Assembly (NCBI RefSeq): GCF_964204645.1
Contig: NC_134026.1
Coordinates: forward strand, 7,153,950-7,217,949
Direction of reading: 5' to 3'
DNA: 64,000 bases
Source: Tubulanus polymorphus
Taxonomy: Eukaryota > Animalia > Nemertea
Both the position numbers and the translations under genes were made by a program. The notes under the pieces were generated by a model that ran no database searches, was not told where the DNA came from, and saw only the letters and a list, made by a program, of their open reading frames with translations. Shown here one piece after another: positions 52,821 through 63,160 of this stretch (position 1 is the stretch's first letter; every line of letters starts with the position of its first letter).

Positions 52821-53490
52821 CAAGCCCCGTGATCGAAATGGCTGTATTTGACTAATTTCCAAAAAGAGGATTTTAAAACCACACACTAAAAGATGGAAAA
52901 CTTTCAGATATTTTTACATCAATTTATTATGTACTATTCCTTACTAATGTATATAGTCGATACAAATTTAAGCCCTTGAATTGACACTGATAAAGTAAAA
53001 AGATGCAATCATACAACTATTATTCAATCAATTAAATAAACAATTTACCCTCATGTTTTCGCTGTTGCGGATGTAGCCATTTAATTTATACATAACTATC
53101 ATTCCATTAGAATATTGACACACACCTGATCGAATGCCTTCCTGCATAACAATTGTTTTCCTTGGTTATTATATATCTATTAGCACATATTGTTTATAAT
53201 TTGATACGGCGCGCCACAAGGCACGTTTATAGCCTATGTAGGTATCAGATACATGGGAACTGTGATCGACCTTGTACATGAAATCTTTTGAGATTGCCCT
53301 CATTTTATCGTCAGCAAAATTAAAAAATGCATTTCAGCTGCGGCATGCATCTAATATCGTATTTGTGAACATCGATGTGCCCTCTTTGGGATGCCTTTAC
53401 AACATCCTTCGAAAAGCCCTTGTGTAATAGGGATGATAAATTTTGAACAGGCATTTTTCCTTAATTGAAATAAAGGTTAGTGTTATCAGT

Positions 53491-56259
53491 TTAGCAGTCG
53501 GATAAGCGGCTCGATCGAAACATGTTAGCTGGTCGTATGAATTTTTTCTGTTTACCGATCAGGGTAAGACGGACTTTTTTCCAAAACGTGGAAATGCCTC
53601 TATCGTTTCGCGGGTATTTCATGTGGACAACATTTGAAATGATCGTCCGCAAGGATTCGGGCATGCGCGACACGGGTATATGATCGATATTCAGCACGAG
53701 TATGATGTTATTGCTCTCTTCGACGCACCGGTTTGCCGCCATGCTTATCACAAATTCCGCCCATTCTTCGTCGATGAATGACTCAGTCAGCAAGAACACG
53801 ACCCACCGAGACCCGTAAATTGCATCTATGTTGTTTTTTTGTATGTAGCCACCGATTGTAAAGTCTCGAAACTCGATGCAAAACTTCGAAGCGAAATCTT
53901 TGGAATTTTCGATCTCGGGTATGAAATTCAAATAGACAAATTGAAGATCTTCCATACTATGACTCAGAAATCCGTCAAACGTAGAACTACAAAGATCTTC
54001 TGTCTTTCTTTGCAATAGTTTTGGTAGTAGCTTATTTATATTCACCATCCACCAATAGAAAATTTCCCATCGCTTTTTGGCGACAATTCGTCCAATAACC
54101 ATAATAATAGCAGCGACGCATAAAGTCGAAAGAGAAATGATTATGTCTTTGTGGTTGTCACATTCCATCCAAGATAACTGAAAGTTCACGATAGGAACTC
54201 CGGATAGTTTTCTTGGTGAATTACATACAAGTTTGAGCGTGGACCGATTTTGATTAAATTCTGATACTAAGTCGTAATAGAAATGTTTCTTATTTCTATG
54301 ATTTTCTAAGTCTATAAGCCAATTTCGCATCGGCCTCAGTTGACAGTCGCATGAGAAATCATTATCGTGAAGTCTTGCGTATCTTAATCTTTTTAAGTGC
54401 ATGATTTGAGAAGGATCGAAGGTCTTTAAATGATTTGATACTAAATTCAAAGTGTGGAGGTTCATCAATGGCTTAAACAGACCTGGTTGAATCGATGACA
54501 ACCTGTTATTCTTCAACACCAAAACCTTCAAATTAGGGATGATCTTAAATAGGTTTGCATCCAATTGTCTTATTCCATTTCTAGATAAATCGAGCAATTC
54601 TAGTGAAGGAACTCTACTAAGAATGCTATAAATAACACGACAAGGACAGTTGCCAATAATCGTCCCAGTAAGGTACAACGACTTCAGTTTATAAAATTTC
54701 CTTCCCCAAACGAGGCTTTCGCACGCGAATAAAAGCATTCGTTTCATAAGGTAGTCATTATATGGTCCTGTAAGACTGTTGATTGCGATATGAACTATAG
54801 AATTGGCCGGTAACAGATCGAATGTCTTCAGGCATAAGAAAACGTAAGGACTTGTTATAGTAATCATTAGTAAACGCAACTCCCGTAAATTCCTTATGTC
54901 CTTTTTCAGATAAAAGTCTCGGTCACCGAAGCTACGACTATTAGCAAATGTATTTTTGCTAATAACCAGGCATGGGGATTCATTATTAGGATCTCGCCCA
55001 ATTTTCGCTTCAATAACACATGATATTCTCAATCCAATTAGTGTGTTGTTTTGGGGGAATGAAGTGCTCCTATCGAAGCATGTTAAACCAGGCGAATTCC
55101 CTGCCAAAAATAACCGTAGTTTTGGCTTGGTTATCATTGAATCAGTAAGATTCAAATTCCTGATGTTGTTTTGCTGCAAATCTATATGACGCAGATTGCT
55201 GAGCGCGATGAATTGATGTTTTTTGAATTTCGTTCTGCAATAATTCATCTCAAGCGTTTTCAACTTTTTGAAACCATCGAAAAAGCCTATTTCTACTTCG
55301 GGTATTCGATTAAATCTGAGACTTAAATATATTAAATTCTGCGCGGGTAGATATTTCGACATCGATGCGGTCAACGCGATAGTTGATTGCGGCGGCCACG
55401 CAGCCCGTAACGATAACACGCGAAGATAAACGCAATTTTGCATCGAATAAAACAGATTGTAGATATCTTTGACAGTGTGCCTTGCAAAACACTGCATTCT
55501 TACGACAAACGTGCGATAAAAGTACAGAATAAAATCGTAAATTAGCCTATCCAGATACTTATTTTTCAGGAAAGCCTGTTTGTCAATAGACCGTACTGGA
55601 TTACATGAAACATCGAGGAATATCAAATTCGGTAGATAATGAAGAGATTTCGGTCCAACCAGTGAATCCAACGCATTTTCCTTTATGTTTAACATCTTCA
55701 GTCTCGGCAATCGACGTAAAGGTTTTAAACTCTTTATCCTATTCTTCGATAAGTCAAGAATATTTATATAATTCTTCATTAACGGGAACTTCGTGAGTCC
55801 TTTATTCGCGCAGTTGGCGACGCCAAAATTCTGCCTGAAAATATATATATATGCTAGGATGCTAATTTTTGCGCGACAAACATTATTTTCATCGATGCTC
55901 ATATTTCCCAATATTACACGAATATAGGAGTTTGAACTAAGAACTTAAAAGAATTTCGTTAGCGAAAGACAACAGAATGAACTCAAAACTTACGGCCCAG
56001 TTTGAATGTAACAACGACACACTGACGGACAACCGTAGAAAAAACGTCTGACGCCGCGTCGGTTAGGACGTCGCTTGTCGCCGACCATTTCTACTTCAGA
56101 CCGCTGCAGCATCGCGCTACCGCCCAGTGAAAGGTATCTCTCATGATCAAACGAGTTAATTTCTGAATTTGGAACTCTTTCGATTGTAGTAATTTTCGAT
56201 GTCATGCCACAGTGGCCGGCGCACAAGATTGTAATAGCCAAAAGTATAAATTCCATCAT
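53491..56259 (-). CDS. Toll-like receptor (signal peptide, LRRNT, LRRs, LRRCT, TM, TIR); 2 exons, ~869 aa
   Basis: Exon 1 is 56259-55994 (MMEFILLAITILCAGHCG signal; CPSVCRC) with donor CC|GTAAGT. Exon 2 is 55834-53491 after acceptor TTTTCAG, and phase 2 matches. It has LxxLxLxxNxI repeats, LRRCT NDFSCDC..CNSP..C, a hydrophobic TM segment, and TIR motifs FDGFLSHS..CIEFRDF..FWKKVR. An upstream in-frame ATG at 56292 is an alternative start. Confidence 0.93.
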
Positions 56260-57463
56260 TTTCGGCAGTCCCTCACTGATCCACGTACTCATCGAACAGA
56301 CGATCAAGTATTTGTGTAATGATGCATAAATCAATAATGAAACTCGAAAAAACTTCCGGATTATTTTTTGTCATCACGTCTTCTGCCAAAGGAAGCTGCG
56401 GCAAGTGATGTCAGAATGTGCGCGGTCGTGTTGTAAATGAACGACTGTCCGTAAGATGGCGCATTGACAGCCAATGTGTTTATCCCTCCAATAGTATATA
56501 TATATATATATATGTATCGTAAATAGTTAATGTATATATTTTGTTACGTTTTCATTCTCTAAATTTTTTCATTTCAGTGCTGTTTTGTAAATATTTGTAT
56601 ATACATGTGTAATAGTTTTCCTCCATATGCCATGGAAATGGTTGGACGAGTGTACTTAAAATTGGAATTGATTACGGTACGCACTACTTCTCTCCGGACA
56701 AGATACATGTGCTACTTCTGATGAAACCGGCGTCACGGTATACATGCATAATCATTGCCAACGATCAGGTTCGAGTCCGAAGGAAAATTCCTCATGAATA
56801 AATAAAGCAGATAAATCGATATACAAAAATATTTATTTACAAATGACACTCTTAAATAAACGAATGATTATTTGTGTACAAAATCTTCACGAAAGTACAG
56901 AAGAAAATGTATGCATTAATTTACAATTGAATTTGGGAAAATTAATTGAGTTATTGAAGATCCATCCAACCCCACCCCCGGCAGGGATATGAGCCTCAGG
57001 GCACCGAGACTCACCATAGTACAAAACCCTACCACACTACACAGGGTGCACAGCTTGGGTGATGTCATTATTATCCAATCAGAAATCCTGTTTTGTTATA
57101 GGCCATTTTTTTTTCTTCATTTCTTCATATCTAGTTTATCTATGAATTACAGAGACTTGCGAGCAATCTGATTTTTCTTCTGCAGCAAACCTATGCGCAC
57201 CCGGTCTAGTGTGGCAGGGGTTCATGCCGTGGCCGAGCCTAGCGTAGTTAATTACCTAATCGTTGGTGGTAAGCTTTTATAATCTGACGAGTATGAAAAT
57301 ATCCAATTGTGAAGCTAAACCACAGACAGCTTACTGATTAAGTCTAGCGATGCCATCAGGTTCGAATCCTTGCCGGAGAAGGGGGATGGACAAAAGCATG
57401 TATTACCGAGACATCAGAATGAGAGAGAGAGAGGGAAAAAAGTAAAGTGTTTTTACGAATAGA

Positions 57464-60400
57464 TCATGAACATTCCATCATCATATTACTGTCCTCTTGA
57501 TGCGGTTTCGAGAAACCTAACTCAGTTTTACCGACAGGCGGAGGAGGCATTGTACGTTGCTGTTGATCTGAACACATTTGATTTGAATCGGAGGCTGTAG
57601 ATGTCGCCGGTGGTATGTTTTCCGTTTGTACGCTGTCGTCCCAATCGATTTTAAATCTCGTAACTCGCGGACAGGTCGCTAAAATATTGCGTTGCAGCTG
57701 AAAATATCAACAAATGCATCAATAAAACTAGTTCGGCCTTTTTATTTTCAAATGTAGCAACGCAACAATAATACACTAGCAAAGCATCAATCACATGACA
57801 TTTCATGCTGTGTTGCATATAAATAGTTCGACATTATATTTTGAAATATAAAAATACAAAAACAAGATCATAATGTCAATATTATTATAGATAATTGTTT
57901 TTCATTATATATTGATGTAAATTATCCATGAAATAAAATGATATGATACAATGGAGAATAAGGTACGGGTTAACGTTGTTGTTTTCTATGCTCATGTTTC
58001 AAGGGACAGGGTATATCTATTACATATTATTCGAATTTTTCCGAATGAAATTGTAAAAAACTATCAATAAACCATTGATCCCTTTTCATACAAGCAAAAT
58101 GATTGTCTTAATGTATGTCGTAGACAGTTAAGTCATCTTTTGGATAAGTCGTCACATTAATGAAGTTGTCTCAATTTTTTAGTCTCAATTCGTATTTCCA
58201 ATTTAATTTATTAAGTGTAAACAGTCACAGTTGCCCTTAAATCATCCAGTGTTGCTACTTTATCATGTAGCACTGGAGCTATCAGTCAGTCAGCCTTTAA
58301 TGGCCAAAGGGCATTGAGAATGAAGCCGAGTTTAGGCTGGCTTATGTCGACAAGCAACGCGACGCCTACCGACGCAACTGGGTTTATCCCCCATTAGCGG
58401 CAACTAGCATCGGTTCGACATAAGCCGGCTTGCGACGGCAACGCGACGCCTACCGACTCGTCGCAAGCCGTATCCGGCTGGTTGCCCATGTCCTACTCCG
58501 GCCTACGGTAGGTGGGCAGTTGCTTTCGATCGCAGCCGACATAAGCTCATCTGCGACGCGACGGAACTGAGCGCAGGGGTTCCAGCCAATGAGAGACCAC
58601 ATATACATAGTACAAATTATCACCGCTAGTTAGCGTCATTCGTAATTAGTCATAAACTTTCAAATTCAAGTAGTTCAAAACGTAAATCAAACCTTCAGCA
58701 CGGCAGAGGACTGGACCGAAGATCTAGAAACGAAATTGGTAGATTTATGGTGTGAGCGACCATCTTTATAGATGTCGCTAGCACGTTGTATTCAAAACAG
58801 AATCAGAAAGATCAAAGTCTTAAAGAAATAGCTTTTCTAATAGAAATATATTTCCAAATAATTCAAATTTATTCTCAAAGTGCTTATCACGTGACCATTT
58901 GAGCTGTGGCAGTTGCTAGTAATCGCAACCGACATAAGCAGGGAAGCAACTGGGAGGATCTCATATACCGCTAGTCGGCCTCAGTTGCTGCGAATCGGAG
59001 CCCAGTCGACATAAGCTGGGCTGCAGTCGACATAAGCCAGCCTTTTGAACCACATTGCCTGCAGCTAATCAAGAACCGAGTCATTCCTGAATGCAGAGTG
59101 CAAATATCAGTGAAAATAACGGTAAAATAGGAAGAATCATGGCTACAATATAACTTGCACATAGACAGCAGTTACTGGGTTAAAAAGTCTGATTTTAAAT
59201 CTGATCTATGGAACAGGGGTCAGTTGCAGTCAAGGCTTAAATTTAAGACCAGTCTCAAGACCATATATCGGTTCTTTCCAATGCAAATACTTAAGACCAG
59301 TCTTTAAATTCTAGATCACTTCATTTTTGGGCTTAAGATTCCTCCATGCAACTGGGGCCAGAATTTTTCAACAAAAAGATGAAGATGATTTTTATAACAA
59401 ACCTTTTGAAAGTCTGGTTTATCGGGAGGATTCTCTTTCATTTCGGGATCAGCGTATTCGTTATTGACGTAATAACCGACTCTGATAAACTCTTTACCCC
59501 TGAACGAACACGTCAGTAGAATTACAGTGACACCTATAGCATCAGCTAGCGGTATTTTACTACTGTCAGGAGGCTGAGCCTGAAATATACAACATTATGA
59601 TACAATTCAATTTCTAGATACTACATTCAGACAACTGACACCAGAATTACTTCCTAATTAATCGAACGCACCTGAAATACAAACATGTGCTTTCCACCTG
59701 GCACCGGACCAACTAAAACTGAATCTAAAACTTGATCAAAATCCTCACTTTCAGCACTGCCGACATAAATGATCTTCCATTCCAAATCTGCAATACACAA
59801 AAATGATTAATTCATGGAGTGAAAACCCTAAAGAAACCAACCACAGAATGAAATTAATTAGTTGTGATTTTAATTAGTGGCCGTAATTAGTTTATTTTTG
59901 GAAGACATAAGGAATAATCTTAATTAGTTCAATTAAAAATATATAATATAATCTGTAAATCCATTCCATTATCATCTGAATATGTTCAGTCGCTGATTGA
60001 CAATCAAAATTAAAATTGGCAAACTGTCTGTGGTTTAGCTTCAAGATCGGATATTTTTCAGGCGCATTGGAAGCAATTTTTGATTGCTACGGCCAAATAC
60101 TGATTTTGGACAGGTTCTAAATTATATCAGTTCTGTTCTGCTGAATATTGCCGCAGCGAATTTACTTAGTTTCTTCAAAACCGTGGTATTCAAAGAAAAA
60201 AAAATGTCATTCAGTAAATCATTACCGCGGCTTTTGCCGCAGCACTTCCCTCCAACGCCACTGTTTTTACCAATACTTTAGTGAAAAGATCATCCAATTA
60301 TCACCAATGACGATTAGTAGGTAACTGAATCAATAAAAAAAATTGAATTGAACTTCTATTTACAGATCACGTCTATTTATAGTGAGATTCATTGAGATAA

Positions 60401-60522
60401 AATGCCGACGAACCCTCCGGTAAATCTTCTAAACATTCGAATGTAATTTCGAACTGAAACGGATTTTTGAACGGCGATGGATTATCGAGTACGACAACAT
60501 TAGTGATGTTAACTTTGGCCAT
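57464..60522 (-). CDS. ASF1: Histone chaperone ASF1; 4 exons, 211 aa
   Basis: Exons 60522-60414, 59787-59672, 59579-59403 and 57697-57464, all GT-AG, total 636 nt. Translation [66 protein letters not shown]...[13 protein letters not shown]...[19 protein letters not shown]...MMECS. It is absent from the supplied ORF track because the exons are short. Confidence 0.97.
58334..59043 (+). mobile_element. PIF/Harbinger deletion derivative with MADF (Myb/SANT) remnant
   Basis: Perfect 18-bp TIR AGGCTGGCTTATGTCGAC, TTT on both flanks, and subterminal GACATAAGC repeats. 58707-58835 translates [21 protein letters not shown]/(frameshift)[21 protein letters not shown]. Confidence 0.8.
60059..60263. mobile_element. 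hAT-like MITE with 5-bp TSD (family of 47217-47401)
   Basis: CAGGCGCATTGGAAG ... CTCCAACGCCACTG with TTTTT on both flanks; internal sequence is shared with the 47217 copy. Confidence 0.8.
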
Positions 60523-60957
60523 CCTCCATTCACCAGCCCTGTCACTTCGCGTAATGGCGCGAAGTATAATAGAAGTATTCTTTCATTCCCATTGGTCAGT
60601 TTCTCATCCTCGCATCCCAGTGGTGGTGTTCAGCTCGTTTGTGATTGGTCAACTTATTTTACTCGCTTCCCTAAACATTCTGATTCTGCGAGCAATTATG
60701 ATGTCGATTTGTCAAGATCCCTGTGTTGAATACAACGTTACTATTTCGAACTATCTACTGGGGCCTAAATATATAATTTTGAATAATAATGATGTCCGAG
60801 GGGTGTCGATCTGACCGTTTTGATAATTGTATTGTTCTGCGGGTGGCTCCGTCCTTTCGGCTAATAGAAAGAAATGGCTCCGTCTTTCTCCACATACTTC
60901 CGGGTTGACGTCAAAAAGATAAAATATCTTACAAATTCAACTTTTCTACTGTTATTT
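60523..60957. promoter_or_regulatory. Compact bidirectional promoter region between ASF1 and the VMAC-like gene
   Basis: Inverted E2F-like sites ACTTCGCG-n6-CGCGAAGT (60544-60565); CCAAT boxes (ATTGG at 60591 and 60644); ETS site ACTTCCGG (60896); CRE TGACGTCA (60906). A plus-strand donor GTGAGT at 60958 could pair with acceptor TTTCAG at 61524. Confidence 0.6.
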
Positions 60958-61254
60958 GTGAGTATAAAAGCGAAAAATTATCCAGAATTAAATAGATTAT
61001 ATCACCTGAATCGATTAAGTGCTTTAAGTCTTGCTGTTATTGAATGCGAAAAAGCAAAAAACGGTCTAAAATCCTTCACAAACGCAAATACAAATGAAAT
61101 TTATTGATCCGCTTCATCTATAAAATGTCATTCCCATCCGCTAAACTAACTAGGTGGTTGATATGTGATCAAAAAGACCAATTCAGGTGTCAGTCATGTG
61201 GGCAACCTGGGCTGTTTTTTATCAGGTATTTACTTCACCAACCAATGTGGTCCA

Positions 61255-61379
61255 CCACAGGGACTTGACACAAAAGGATTTTGACCCCAGTATCCTAGGA
61301 CTAGGTACTATAAAAAGACTTTTTATATATAGTACCTGGGATACTGGGGTCAAAATCTGTTTGTGTCAAGTCCCTGTGG
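61255..61379. mobile_element. Foldback MITE with 9-bp TSD (Mutator-like)
   Basis: Arms CCACAGGGACTTGACACAAA..GATTTTGACCCCAGTATCC / GGATACTGGGGTCAAAATC..TTTGTGTCAAGTCCCTGTGG; TGTGGTCCA duplicated at 61246-61254 and 61380-61388. Confidence 0.85.
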
Positions 61380-61557
61380 TGTGGTCCATTGATGTCTTAT
61401 TTGCTCATGCTCCCGCTTAATTCATTATTGTCCAGTACTTAATTCATTATAACGAATTAAGTAAAAAATATTTAAAATATTTTATTAATTGATAAAATAT
61501 TTGTTTAATCATTAATTATTTCAGATGAATGACGAGTGAAAATATTTCGTTGAAAAA

Positions 61558-62229
61558 ATGTTTTCTGGTTATTGGGATTCGAATAAGACGAATATCGAAG
61601 AGGCAAATAAACACTTACAGGCGTTAATGAGTCGCATAAACGAGTTAGAAAAAACGAACAAAGAACAAACGAGCGCTTTATATCGGAAAGATGAGGAAAC
61701 TCGGATGCAACTTCTTTCATTAGAGGAAGAAAAAAACAAAGACATCTTGCGTTTGCGCAACGAGTTGAGACACGTAGAAAGTGAAAACTCGAAACTGAAA
61801 GATATGTGCTGCGAAAAAGATCTCCAAATTACGAAATTACATAAAAGTTACGTCGTATTGAACGATATCGTAAAATTTAAGCCGATTCTCGACAAACTGT
61901 CGTTTCATTTGGGACAAGCGGAAAACGTCGACGACCCGAACGTGAAACATTCCCCGATTAATCTGACCGAATTCCTCGAAATTAACGGCGATGACGACAA
62001 CAATGCTGCAGCGAACAATGTTGCCATGCCAACGGTGAATAATACGAGTCCGAAGAACGTGCCGATTCAACACGTAAAACATTCGAAACCGGTGAAACAA
62101 TTAAAACAGAACCTCGCGAAGAATCTCTTATTGAATACGAGTTATGCTTTATCAGACGAGGAAGAGGGGAAAGTGGCGGATGAAAGTGTTCTTTATAATA
62201 GCTCAGGAGGCAAAGAACTCTACCTCTAA
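61558..62229 (+). CDS. VMAC: Vimentin-type intermediate filament-associated coiled-coil protein-like (single coding exon, 223 aa)
   Basis: Long heptad region. IEEANKHLQALMSRINELE and LNDIVKFKPILDKLSFHLGQAE resemble, from memory, vertebrate VMAC motifs (IREANAHL..ELE; LQDI...P.L..L...L.EAE). AAAAATG start context, with a splice acceptor 33 nt upstream. Confidence 0.72.
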   Translation: MFSGYWDSNKTNIEEANKHLQALMSRINELEKTNKEQTSALYRKDEETRMQLLSLEEEKNKDILRLRNELRHVESENSKLKDMCCEKDLQITKLHKSYVVLNDIVKFKPILDKLSFHLGQAENVDDPNVKHSPINLTEFLEINGDDDNNAAANNVAMPTVNNTSPKNVPIQHVKHSKPVKQLKQNLAKNLLLNTSYALSDEEEGKVADESVLYNSSGGKELYL

Positions 62230-63160
62230 CGGCCCAGGAGGTAAAGAGCTCTACCTCTAACAGCTCAGGTGTCAAAGAGTTATATCTGTAACAGCTCATG
62301 AGGAAAAGGGCTATACCTCTAATGGATCGGGAGGTAGGTCTATAGAGCTATATCTGAAACAGCTCAGGAGGTAAAGAACTATACCTCTAACGGCCCAGGA
62401 GGTGAAGAGCTCTACCTCTAACAGCTCAGGTGTCAAAGAGTTATATCTGTAACAGCTCATGAGGAAAAGGGCTATACCTCTAATGGATCGGGAGGTAGGT
62501 CTATAGAGCTATATCTGAAACAGCTCAGGAGGTAAAGAACTATACCTCTAACGGCCCAGGAGGTAAAGAGCTCTACCTCTAACAGCTCAGGTGTCAAAGA
62601 GTTATATCTGTAACAGCTCATGAGGAAAAGGGCTATACCTCTAATGGATCGGGAGGTAGGTCTATAGAGCTATATCTGAAACAGCTCAGGAGCTAAAGAA
62701 CTATACCTCTAACGGCCCAGGAGGTAAAGAGCTCTACCTCTAACAGCTCAGGTGTCAAAGAGTTATATCTGTAACAGCTCATGAGGAAAAGGGCTATACC
62801 TCTAATGGATCGGGAGGTAGGTCTATAGAGCTATATCTGAAACAGCTCAGGAGCTAAAGAACTATACCTCTAACGGCCCAGGAGGTAAAGAGCTCTACCT
62901 CTAACAGCTCAGGTGTCAAAGAGTTATATCTGTAACAGCTCATGAGGAAAAGGGCTATACCTCTAATGGATCGGGAGGTAGGTCTATAGAGCTATATCTG
63001 AAACAGCTCAGGAGCTAAAGAACTATATCTCTAACTGCAGGAGCTAAAGAACTATATCTCTAACAGCAGGAGCTAAAGAACTATATCTCTAACAGCAGGA
63101 GCTAAAGAACTATATCTCTAACAGCAGGAGCTAAAGAACTATATCTCTAACAGCTCAGGT
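62197..63160. repeat. Higher-order minisatellite: five 161-bp units (31+31+31+37+31 bp monomers), then 29-bp monomers
   Basis: Units start AACGGCCCAGG at 62228, 62389, 62550, 62711 and 62872. The first monomer (62197-62227) is coding. The array ends in about four AACAGCAGGAGCTAAAGAACTATATCTCT copies. Confidence 0.95.

Noticed and set aside
55835-55911. N-terminal 26 codons of the 806-aa ORF
   Set aside because: Intron sequence; the true N-terminus comes from the upstream exon through a phase-matched GT-AG intron.
60467-60814. 115-aa hydrophobic plus-strand ORF
   Set aside because: Non-ATG start; antisense to ASF1 exon 1 and its promoter; no homology recognised.
62197-63160. Regular ~31-bp periodicity resembling a CRISPR array
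   Set aside because: There are no unique spacers (all units are mutually related), no cas genes, and the context is eukaryotic.
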